A DNA stretch of 64,000 nt, from assembly GCF_006345805.1 (NCBI RefSeq), contig NC_043019.1, forward strand, positions 19,467,360 through 19,531,359, read 5' to 3'. The stretch is from Octopus sinensis (taxonomy: Eukaryota). Below are positions 53,104 through 64,000 of the stretch, piece by piece. Position numbers and translations under genes: made by a program. The notes under the pieces are model-generated. The model worked only from the letters and a program-made list of their open reading frames with translations. It was not told the origin of the DNA and did not search any database. Position 1 is the first letter of the stretch, and each line of letters starts with the position of its first letter.

Positions 53104-53729
53104 AAGAACAAGATGAAGACGATGTGAATGATTCAGATGACGATGAAAGCAAAGATGATTCCGAAAACTACTGCCATCTTCATCAACTGTTTATTTCACG
53201 AAACAATTGTCTGTGTACAGAAATGCAAAAGAACTTCAAAAATCTCTGTACTGGTGAGAATATGAGTGAAAACCACATGGAATTTTCTGGGTTACGTTTT
53301 CAGGATCTTCAGGACAACAATTTCCCAATATTTCTAACATCCAAGAAATTTTGGGTTCTTTTAGATGCCTCACTTGGTTCACCGTATTTTTTCCCTCGAA
53401 ATGAAGACATGACTTTGAGAACAGACTTCAAAAACTGGCTGGATGAAGATTCCAGCAATCTGTTTGACATGGACATCAAAGAGAACGACGTTGGTGGGAA
53501 TTTCCAAGATTTTTATGAAGTAACCTATGACATATTTGAGAAGGAATTTTGGAATCGAATTAAATATCCAGTCCCTGGCTGCCATCCAACCCTTATTTGG
53601 ACTGAAATTATGTCAATCATAAAAGGCTCTTATAAATCCCTGCTTTCAGAGAAAGGTTTCCTATCAAAAAATGAATACTTGGAGATTGGGAAGAAACAGG
53701 CGCCAAATTTCACCTCAGACCGGGAAAAG
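53104..53729 (+). CDS. TRANK1: TRANK1-like exon (helicase domain)
   Basis: Acceptor cttctatcag| and donor AAG|gtttgt, phase 1-0. Contains LHQLFISRN, FPIFLTSKKFWVLLDASL and HPTLIWTEIMSIIKGS. Confidence 0.9.
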
Positions 53730-54270
53730 GTTTGTAAATTGGAATTTTTTTCTTCTGATGTCTATATTCACACCAACAGTTACCTATTGGTTGCTGCACA
53801 CTCAGTGATTAAATATTTTGCTTGGATGAATTACGGGTGTATTGTCTATGTTTATTTGGGTTGATCTCCAATATTGTTTGTGGTGTTTACTTAAATATCC
53901 CAACATAAATTTCTCCGTTGCAACACTTTGAAGATATTCTTCACTTCCTCTCTAAAGCAGACATTTTTTAGCATTGATATATATATATATGTGTGGGTGT
54001 ATATAGTTGAAATTTATAGAAAAACAAAAGGTGAAGACAGGTGTATGAATAACAAGCAAGTGTATTAGTTTGGTGCTTGGGAAAAATGAAAAATTTTGTT
54101 GGCTTGCTGAAATCTACAAGTTTTTCTCATTCTCTCTCTGTTTATTTTGTCTTATTCCTTTCTGCTGAAGTGCATAGGCTCGAAATATAAAAGACTTTTT
54201 CATTTTTCCTGAGCATCAAACTAATACACTTACTTGTTGTTCATACACCTGTCTTCGTCTTTTGTTTATA

Positions 54271-55554
54271 CGAGGGGCGTTCAATAAGTAATGCCCCTGA
54301 CCCACTTCCCATAGCAGTAGAGCAACGGAACTTGGCACAGTTATTAGTCTTTTTCTACATAGGAATCACCCAGAGTTACGCATTTCTCCCATCGTTTGAT
54401 GCAGCTCTGGAGACCGTTTTTGTAGAAGACCCCAGCTTGGTCCTCCAACCTGAACGTGACTTCAGAAATCAAGGCTGCATCATTTGGGAAACGCTTTCCT
54501 TTCAAAAACAACTTCATGACTGGGAAGAGGGGAAAATCAGAGGGTGCAAGGTCAGGAAAGTAGGGGAGTGGGGGAGGAGTTCATAGCCATATGCCTGTGC
54601 TTCTGATCTGGCGACAAGCGAGTTGTGGACCGGAGCGTTGTCCTGCAGGAGGAGGATGCCTTTGCTGATCTTGCCCCGCCTCTTGATTTTGATAACTTCT
54701 CTTAATTTCCTCAAAAGTGAAGTATAATAGGCTCCTGTAATTGTGGCACCATTTGCCAGGAAATCTGTCATCACTACTCCGTCCTGGTCCCAGAAGACTG
54801 TGAGCATGACCTTGCCAGCGGAGGGCTGCACCCTTGCCTTCTTTGGAGTCATGGTGCTTCCATTGCATTGACTGGGCTTTGGTCTCTGGATCATCGTGAT
54901 GGACCCAGGTTTCATCCTGTGTAATCAGTCTTTTGAAAAATTTTGACTCATCTTCTTGGCACATCTCCAAATTCATCCTCAAGCACTCGACGCGTTCTTG
55001 CTTCTGGAAAGGCATGAGCAACCTGGGAATCCATCTGGCAGACACCTTTTACATATGCAAATGGTCATGAATGCTAGTTTCCACAGACCCGGTACTAATC
55101 TTGACCTCATGGGCTATTTGGCGAATAATTATGCGTCGATCTTCCAAAATGGCAGCCTCAACTTGACGGACAGATGCCTCATCAATGGCAGAAGGGGGGC
55201 GACCAGATCTGGGAGCTGTTTCCACAGAGTTCCGACCATGTTTGAATTCACGATGCCAGCGTTTTACAAGGTCATATGATGGGGCATCATCACCATAAGT
55301 TACTTTCATTTCATCAAAAGTCTCCCGTGGTGTGCGTCCTTTCAAATACAAAAACCGAATCACTGCTCGACACTCAACAGGCTCCATTTCACACTTGACT
55401 CAGTTCAAATACCTGTAAATCAGAAACCACAATTAGTTCAGAGCTGTAATTTGGCACTTACTCTATAGAGATATAAATGATTGCACTTGCAAAATTTCAG
55501 CTAGATCAAGCAACTGCAAGTGGGTCAGGGGCATTACTTATCAAACGTCCCTCG
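54271..55554 (-). mobile_element. Full-length mariner with frameshifted transposase
   Basis: TA TSDs; ~37-bp TIRs cgagggrcgtt...cccctgacccactt; WIPRLL, TQDETW and QDNAPVH motifs. Confidence 0.95.
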
Positions 55555-55574
55555 TATATATATATATATATATA

Positions 55575-56080
55575 TCTATATATATAAAACTCTAGTTGTG
55601 TGAGTGTCTGTCCCTTTCGATTTAGATTCCTAACTCCTCCCACATTTTGCGGTGCAGTTTAACCAAATTCGGGTATCTTATAGTCGTGATTCATATCGAG
55701 CCCGTCTGACTATTAGCGCGCGTCAACGATGAGTCTACGATTTTAAAAATAATTTAACATCATTTTTTATTCCATTTTAATGCATAAAATGCATCGTATG
55801 TCGATGGCGGCGGAGTTGGCGTCCACGCTCACAGCTGCACCTGTTTGCTTCTCCCCCTTCCCTCCCTCGTGAAGCTGTGGGGAAGGGAGTGTAAAGAAAT
55901 CAACGTCGTAATGCGTTGTGAAGGAAACCAGCGTTCTTTTAGAACAACGACTTCATGGCTTGAAGACACCAAAACAAAAATGGCTAAGAAAGCCCGAATT
56001 TATAAGGGAAGTAACTCTCTAAAAATGCTTATATAGTTATTTCCCTTACAAACCCGAGCAATGCCGGGCGATACTGCTAG
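55575..56080 (+). mobile_element. Non-autonomous Helitron
   Basis: A|TC start; ends with hairpin cccgagcaatgccggg and CTAG|T. Confidence 0.85.
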
Positions 56081-57745
56081 TATATATATAAAATGCATCC
56101 AATGTGGCAGGCTTTATAATTGTTGAGAATTCTCCACAGGAAACCAACAGTAGTCTTCTTATTCCACAACTAAAGAATATTCACCAATGTGGTGTTCAGC
56201 ACTCATTCTCACTGTTCAATATTATGTGTGTGTGTGTGTGTACATATATATGTGTGTGTACATATATATGTGTGTGTGATCATCATTATTATTGTCTTAA
56301 TGTCCACTTTTCTATGCAAGCATGGGTCAGGCAAATTTTCTCTAACTTTGCTTTCTTCTAGGTAGATATGTTGGCTCCACATAAACTCATTTTTTAAACT
56401 GCAAAGAAGTTGTTCATCTTTGGCATCTCTCCTATAACCTGTCCAGGCTGGGAGGCCATACCAGAGCTTACATCCCACTGGCTATCTCTATATATTCATT
56501 CATTTTCAAATCCATTTTGCCACAGTAGCATAAAGTGCCCTCATTTGGGGTTTGTAATCTTGCAAACTGCACGATAATCTTACTTGTACTGGTGACACGA
56601 GTAAAGCATCCAGTACACTGTAGAATGGTTGGTATTAGGAAGGGCAGCCAGCCATAGAAACCGTTGCCAAAACACTCACGCTCAATGCAGTCCTTCAACC
56701 CATCTGCCTTTGTCAAACCATCCAACCCATGTCAGCATGGGACAAGGGTGTTAATTGATGATACCTACCTAGCAAGCATCACTGATTAACGTCCATCTTT
56801 CACGCATGCATGGGTAGGATGGTTGACAGGAGTCGGCCAGGTAGAAGACTACTTCAGGCTGCTGTGTCTGTTTTGGCAGGGTTTTTATGGCTGGGTGCCC
56901 TTCCTAGCACCAACCACCCCGCAGAGTGGGTTTTACATGGCACACATGTGCGCACACACACACACACTGGTGCTGGTGTAGCTGTGTGGTTAAGAAGCTT
57001 GCTTCCCAACCTTGTAGTCTTATGTTCAGTCCCACTTTGCTGCACCTTGTGATTGGATTTGATAGTTGGAAACTGGAAAAGCCTCGTGTGTGTGCGTGTG
57101 AGCATGCGTATGTGTGTGTGTGTGTGTATCCATCCTTGTTGGGGCATCACATAATGGTTGTAAATGAGCCTTATTGTTGTCATAAAAGTGAAGTTGTTCA
57201 TTTCTCATCTTCCATGAAAAATGTGTGTATATATGGGAAGATATTACCTTACTTGGAACAAGTGAGGGTTTGCAACAGGGAGGGCCTTTTGTTGTAGAAA
57301 ATCTGTCTCAGAAGATTCTGTCTGACCAATGCATGCATGAAAAAAGTGGACATTAAAACGACAATGATGATGAAATTTATTTAAGCAAGGGATATATATA
57401 TATTAAGAATTTTCCTTGATGTATTTTGTTAGCAAACTAGAATACTTTGTTACATTAGACATTAGGAGAAATAAGCTATTCTGCTCACACAAAGTGATAG
57501 GAAAATTATTGTGTGGAAATAAAAGAATCAATTAAAATTAGCAAAGGAAAAAAAACGTATTTATGTTATTTAAGAATGGGTAATGGCAAGCTGTCTGTGG
57601 TGCAACTAGTCCTGGGACCACCCAACAAACAACAAATACTAGTTTCAAGTCCTGCTGATGTGTCTGTTCTTTTTTTTATCGCAAAATTGTGTCTAATTTT
57701 GTGATAAAATATATTGTTTTTATGTTGTTTTTTTTTTATTTGCAG

Positions 57746-58173
57746 GTATACCAAGCATTTGTGAAATACAATAAACTCTTAAGAGAAAGACATCTGTTTG
57801 ATGAGATGGATGTTGTTTTTAATTTATTCTCTCGGCTTCGTAATTCCCAACCAACCTTCTGCCCCATTCATGAGATTTATGTCGATGAAGTCCAGGATTT
57901 TACCCAAGCTGAACTCTTTCTGATGATATTACTTGTTGAAAATCCCAACAACATGTTTCTCACAGGTGACACAGCCCAGAGTATCATGAGAGGTGTTGCA
58001 TTTCGATTCTGTGACCTCAAGTCACTCTTTTATTACCTAAAAGGGATATGTTCAAATTTAAAGCAACTCCACTCTATTAACGTACCCCAGACAATGCATT
58101 ATTTGACCTGCAACTACAGGTCACACAGTGGGGTGGTTTCATTGGCTTCTAGTGTTCTTGATTTACTTAACAG
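57746..58173 (+). CDS. TRANK1: TRANK1-like exon (UvrD motifs II-IV)
   Basis: Acceptor tttgcag| and donor AG|gtatgt, phase 0-2. Contains IYVDEVQDFT (Walker B), TGDTAQSI and NYRSHSG. Confidence 0.93.
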
Positions 58174-58685
58174 GTATGTGGCCTTTTGTTTTCTTTGTTT
58201 AATATTAAATGTTGCTACCTTAAATTCTGTCTGCCCCTTGGAAGGATGGAAAAGTATATGTTAAAGCTATGATGACGATGATGATGATGTTCTCGTGATG
58301 TGTTGAAACTCCTTTGCACTCCTGTTACACTCCAGTTGCTTTCATAGCAAGCTCCTGTTGTTTTCATGTCATGTTACATCCTCAGATCATCCGTGTTACA
58401 CTCTCACAATCCTCCTGTCACATTGAAGTTGCACTCATGCCACGCAGCCTAACTTAAGTGACTTGCAAGTGTTATTACTGTTAATTTTTTATTCGACATT
58501 GACACTTGCACATACAAACATGCATATCCTATATCTGCATCCCTTCCATGACACTCATGTCACACAGTGACAGCACTTATGTTACATACTTGTTGCTCAT
58601 GTTACAACCTCTTGCGTTCTCCTTACAACACTCTTTCCTTTTACACTATTTTTACCGCTCACAATGTTTGATATCCTTCTTATAG

Positions 58686-58842
58686 ATATTTCCCGGAATC
58701 TTTTGATAAAACCGAGAAAGATTTTGGGTCATATGAGGGCCCAAAACCAAAAATCTTTGAGTTCTGTAACAACGAGAACTTGATCATGTTATTGGGAGGA
58801 GAAAAACAGAGATCAAATCAGATAGAATTTGGAGCCCAGCAG
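58686..58842 (+). CDS. TRANK1: TRANK1-like exon missing from the ORF track
   Basis: Acceptor ccttcttatag| and donor CAG|gtatgt, phase 2-0. Encodes RYFPESFDKTEKDFGSYEGPKP...IEFGAQQ, matching the TRANK1 YFPESFD...GPKP...IEFGAHQ motif. Confidence 0.9.
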
Positions 58843-58911
58843 GTATGTATGACATGTTTGAGTTTGTCGAAAACATAAGAGAACCTCTTTAGTACCAGTG
58901 CCACAATAACA

Positions 58912-59975
58912 TTCGGTTGTTTCACATGAAATTTTGTATTTGAAAGGTAACAATAAAATGTTTCAGAAGTGTTAGAGAACTGATTTATTTAATCAAAGTA
59001 CGATCCATGTTCATTTGTGATGCTTACCCAACGTTTCTCTATGTCATGTATTTCATCTTTAAAAAAAAAATTCATTTTTTGCTGTGATAAACTGCCCGAA
59101 TGCTTCAATTACCTCTTCTCTGTTTAAGAATGTTTTATTACTTATGAAAAGCTCAAAATGCTTAAATAAGTGATGATCAGTAGGAGAGATATCAGGGGAT
59201 TAGGGAGGATGTTGCAAAATCTCATAATCCAGGCTTTGCAACTTTTGGACCGTAGCTTGAGGAGTGTCAGCATGTACATTGCCGTGGAGCAAATTCACTT
59301 GTCTGGGTTGCTTCTTTTTCACATCCTCATGCATACAATCAATTTCCTGGCAATACGATGTTGCTGTTACCGTTTTTCCTTGTTGCAAAAATGAATAATG
59401 AATAACTCCCTTTGCAGACCACCATACAGTGACCACTAACTTTTTTAGGGTGCAGTGGTGGGTTTGGGTAATGTTTAGGTGACTCTCCTGTTGTCAAAGA
59501 GTATCCATTTCTCATCACAAGTAATGCTAAAATGGTCTTATTCCAGTTGAGAAAGCAATAAGGAGCACTCTTCGAGGCGTCTTTTTTTTGAATCTCATTC
59601 AGTTCATGTGGAACAAACCATCATGCCGAATAACTGATTTTGGCCTACCCCTTGGTTTATTTTCAAGGCTATCATCTCCTGAACGCGAGCTTTGGAACCA
59701 TCTCTGAACAGTTTTGATGGCCCCACTTGATATTCCGTAGAACTTCTGCAGTAGAGTGACCCAGTTTGTGCTCTATGAGAAAATCACTCAACATAGTTTG
59801 GTTATCATTTTCATAAGGTCTGTGGGTACGAATTTTGTATACTAATATTATTGGGAAGGAGAAAGAGTCAAGATTAAATACAAGGTGTAAATAATTAAGG
59901 TGTAAATAATTGAGTTTTTAAATGATTGAAATAACAAGTAATTAAAAATGCAACATTTCATATGAAACAACCTAG
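58912..59975 (-). mobile_element. Decayed mariner
   Basis: TIRs ggttgtttcacatgaaat / atttcatatgaaacaacc; VTVWWSAKGVIHYSFL...EILQHPP. Confidence 0.85.
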
Positions 59976-60681
59976 TTATTATGGACCATTTTTTTCCCTC
60001 TATTTCTTGATTGGTAAACATAACATGGCACCCGTTTTAATGCCATCACTTTGTCCATGGTCAGCCTTTGTTTTAGCAGAGTTGTTGTTGAGCCCCAAAC
60101 TAGCCCTGTTTCAGCACACTGTTGGTCAAAGCCATTCCACTTGTGACCATCCCATAATTTTGTATAGCAGAGACTACGTTGTCCAGTGTACCCTTTATTT
60201 AAGATGGTAAGATTTGTGGGAGAGTTGGCTGCTATTTTAATTTCACAAGAATTTACTCTGTTCGCTGAAACAGATCTGCCACTCTTGGCTCACCTGTGTT
60301 TTTACCTACGGATTTTCAGGCTGAGCATCAGAAGCACATCAACTTCACCAGAACTTCACTTCTGGCTTTCTTCTTCCTTCATATATAAAAGGAAACTTGT
60401 AAGTTTTGAGTATTTCACCAGGGACACTTCATCCTTGTGATGCTGACCTGTTGTGTATGTGGAATTTACCTGTTACACACACACACACATATACACCTTT
60501 AACTATAGGCACAGATGTGGTTGTATGGTTAAGAAGTTTGCTTGCTAACTACATGGTTTTGAGGTCAGACCCACTGCGTGGTACCTTGGGCAAGTGTCTT
60601 CTACTACAACCTCAAGCCAAGAAAAGCCTTGTGAGTGGATTTGGTTGACAGAAACTGAAAGAATCCCATTGTATGTGGGTG

Positions 60682-60736
<55 letters not shown>

Positions 60737-60938
60737 TTATAATAATAAGGGTTTTTTGCAACAAGTTGCTTAAACCACATACTGAAAATTTTAGAAATAG
60801 CAGCCAAAAGACCACTATTTCCTTATGTGAGTTACAAATATTGTTGTCTGTGGAGAATAGTAGTCTTTTAGCTGCTATTTCTAAAATTTTCAGTATGTGG
60901 TTTAAGCAACTTGTTGCAAAAAACTCTTATTATTATAA
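60737..60938. repeat. Long inverted repeat (~83-bp arms, ~36-nt loop)
   Basis: 60737-60819 is the reverse complement of 60856-60938. Confidence 0.9.
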
Positions 60939-61483
60939 TTATATAAATTTTTACCGAATATGGTCCTTTTCCATACCGAAATACTACTAGGTGAAATTTG
61001 TTGATTTTATTAAATTAATTATATTTCACCCTATATCTGTAATGACTATATATATATATATATATATATATTTTCATTTTTGGATTTGGTTTGCAAGGTT
61101 CTTTATATGAGTTCGTGTGCTGAAGCATATTCTGTTGTGTCTGGGGAGAGTCATTCTCTTTTTGTGCCTTATAATGTAACACACTCACTGGTAAAATTTC
61201 CACTTTTTTCTTATTTTTATTTTCCTAAAATTTTCGTTGTGTCTTGCAACCTTTTCAATAGTTTATATATATATATATATGATAATAGAAAATTTAGACA
61301 AATACATATGATTAGATTAGTGTGTTTAAATGCTGAGTAGAGAACTGGCACGGTTGAGGCTACAGGTTGACATCCATAGTTGTGGTACACCTCCCTTGGA
61401 TTTACTTCAGGAACTTTGCAGTGGCACTTAGGATAATGGTATTAATTAATAGTAGGAGATGGATTTCATATTATATTTTTATT

Positions 61484-61530
61484 AAGTATGACATGTTTCA
61501 ACCAATCAGTCTGGGTCTCTTCAGGTACTT
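61484..61530 (-). ncRNA. Minimal type-I hammerhead ribozyme motif
   Basis: Minus strand reads aagtac CTGAAGA gacc..ggtt GAAA cat GTC atactt, with palindromic ACATGT. Confidence 0.72.
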
Positions 61531-61758
61531 TGGTAAAGAAGCCCCACTAGATATTTTTTAGTGTTGGCTGGCTTATTGTTCAAGAATGAATAAAAGCAAA
61601 TAATATTATAGAAACGCAAAAAATTGAAATATACGTGGAAATCTTGTGTTCCTGTTTGGATAAAATGACCGAATTAGCTTTTGCTGTCATATTTGCTTCG
61701 AGGAAAAAGAAAATAGAAAATGAAAGGAAGATTAAAAGTAGTTTCATGTACATATACA

Positions 61759-61808
<50 letters not shown>

Positions 61809-62224
61809 TATATATACACATACATATACATACATGAACTCATATATGTGGGTACACGTGGATATACACATCTATACATATACACACAGATATATAAAGA
61901 TGCATATAGATACGTACTTAGATCCAGATACACACATACACTCGAAGACAGACACTCACATTACACAGACATACATATGTGTAAATATATATATATGTAT
62001 GTATATATATGATGGCTGCTCCCTCGTTATCGAGTATGGCCATTGCACGAAGCTTAACTGTTATTGGTGCTGTGATCGAATGTGACTTTTATTTGCTTTT
62101 TAAGGCCACAACCAGCCATTCAGTTGAGACTCACAGCACTATCAACAATCATGAACAATGTTATCGTGCAATGCCTGTGCAAGAAGATTTTTTTTTAAAG
62201 TGAAGAAAGGCTGTGCACTGAGTC

Positions 62225-62652
62225 AATCCCACTCACTAAGCAACAGCAGCCATAATCTGAAAAGAAGAACAAGTCAACATCATCGGTAACCACTGAGTTA
62301 TCCCAGTTACCTGAGTTACCTTCTCCTAGAAGGATGCCTTAACAAAGGCTAGGAGTCCTTCACTCCCAATGGTTTAACCGCGCGATCGGGTATTCAGTCC
62401 GATTATTTCTATGTCCCCGCGCATGATACAGCCTTAAGCCTTAAAAAAAACCGCATTTATTGGATGGCCGTTGACTCTCAAGAGTTCCTCCGCCCTTTGA
62501 GGGGTTTTGCTTTTCATCCCGCAGGGTGTCCAATAAACAGCCTCCTCACCAAGCGAGCTTGGTGGGGTTGCCGGTTTAGTCGCCGATGACCCGACCATGC
62601 CACAGGTTGTACTGGGTTACATGTTACCAGCAGCACTCGAAAGTGACCTGAC
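62225..62652 (-). mobile_element. Structured GC-rich element resembling an RTE 5' UTR
   Basis: Minus strand carries ggcgactaa and ggcatccttctaggagaaggtaactc motifs plus several hairpins. Confidence 0.45.
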
Positions 62653-62804
62653 ATATATATATACACATACATACATACATATTAGTATGTCAATTCATTT
62701 TGCAAGATTCCTGATGTGAAATCAGGTGTTGAAACAGATATTGTATTTTGGGATGGTAATTTTTTTTTTTTGCCAAATAAACACACGCACTATATATATA
62801 TATG

Positions 62805-62873
<69 letters not shown>

Positions 62874-63572
62874 TTTACTTGTTTATTACTGTTCTTATTT
62901 TATTATTTTAACTCATGTCCATTGTTCAGAAAGTTTTTGTTGCACTCTATGACCTCTTCAGCAACATTTCATTTTCGTGTGTTCTTGTTCCACTCACTCC
63001 ATTCTGTTCTTCTAAGATGTGTATCCTCAGGATAGACATGTATTCTTAGGATATAGCAGGCACGTGCCCGGAATACTACAGTTTTTCTCTTAAAAAGAAA
63101 GAATGTAGCATATCATGCAACAATTATGACAAATGATTCCGCAAAATATCGTTACATCGGATGTACACAAAACTGGATGAAATCAAGAATTTTTTGATTT
63201 TATAAGAATTCTAGAAAGGCATGGAATGTTATCAATGTAGTTGTTATGTTCCCATAATTCTTGGATGGATTTTCCTTTGGCAAGGAATCTACAAAGTGTA
63301 GTGCTACTTTTTGAATCCAATTCTGATGTATTTCAGATTCTCTGAATTTTCTCAGACAAACCATAATGCAAAGAACCATAAAAATCTCTTTTGTTTTATT
63401 CAATCTTAATTGAATCCTTCTGGATTCAATAGCTAAGCTTATGTTGTTGTTTTTGTACTGTTACTATTTCTAGTTATATATCGATAGTTTTTTTGTTTTT
63501 TTTGTTACTTTTTCTTCCTCTCTCGTGTTGTTCTCTGCCTTTTCTCTCATGTTTTGTTCTCTTCTATTTCAG

Positions 63573-63710
63573 GCTATTCTTGTGGCAAATAATCAGGCAA
63601 AACAGGAATTACCCAGTTTTCTTTCATCTGCAATTGTTCTCACAATTGCTGAATCAAAAGGCTTAGAATTCAATGATATCCTTTTGTACAACTTCTTCAA
63701 GGATTCTCTG
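63573..63710 (+). CDS. TRANK1: TRANK1-like exon (UvrD motif V); the gene continues beyond the window
   Basis: Acceptor ctatttcag| and donor CTG|gtacag, 46 codons. Encodes AILVAN...VLTIAESKGLEFNDILLYNFFKDS. Confidence 0.92.
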
Positions 63711-64000
63711 GTACAGTTTCAGTTTCATGTTAATCTAATTTCCCTTCCAGCCTCTCATGAAGGCCACACATTCTTCACATTGCTTTATTAAATTTCATTT
63801 CTTCATCACACAACATGAAAGATAAAAAAGTATTTTAGTAGTTCTGCAACCCTGTTGGTTATTGTGGGGGTGACACACGGACACACACTGCTGCTGCTGG
63901 CTGCTACTACTGCCATTGCCACCACCACTTACAACCGACCTCTTAATGGTACACCCAACCATTTGGTGCATGCTGACCACCCAATATATGCGACCCAAGT

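Noticed and set aside
54271-55554. Active or domesticated mariner transposase
   Set aside because: The transposase is split over three ORFs and frameshifted before the third catalytic Asp.
46296-63710. Bacterial contamination or recent HGT of a RelE-UvrD locus
   Set aside because: The gene is split by canonical phase-consistent GT-AG introns and matches animal TRANK1 motifs.

Overview
AT-rich eukaryotic DNA, dense in microsatellites and transposons. The repeat families (RTE LINE 3' ends with (GAT)n tails, tRNA-SINEs, Helitrons) suggest an octopus or other cephalopod genome; this is an inference. One host gene runs on the + strand: an internal part of a TRANK1/LBA1-like gene (ankyrin region, RelE-like segment, UvrD/SF1 helicase). 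Six phase-consistent exons lie at 46296-63710, and probable upstream ankyrin exons lie at 4861-5003 and 6390-6414, which would imply a ~40-kb intron. The introns hold decayed piggyBac, mariner, maT-like, pogo, Helitron, RTE/CR1/Tx1 LINEs, SINEs and Penelope-like elements, several of them nested. Three things stand out. (1) About 11 hammerhead-ribozyme motifs from unrelated Penelope-type repeats; the best-preserved cores are antisense to the host gene. (2) A RelE-toxin-like fold directly upstream of the helicase. (3) A hidden phase-symmetric candidate exon of 10-aa Lys/Ala repeats, broken only by one homopolymer indel. All calls come from reading the sequence by eye; no searches were run.
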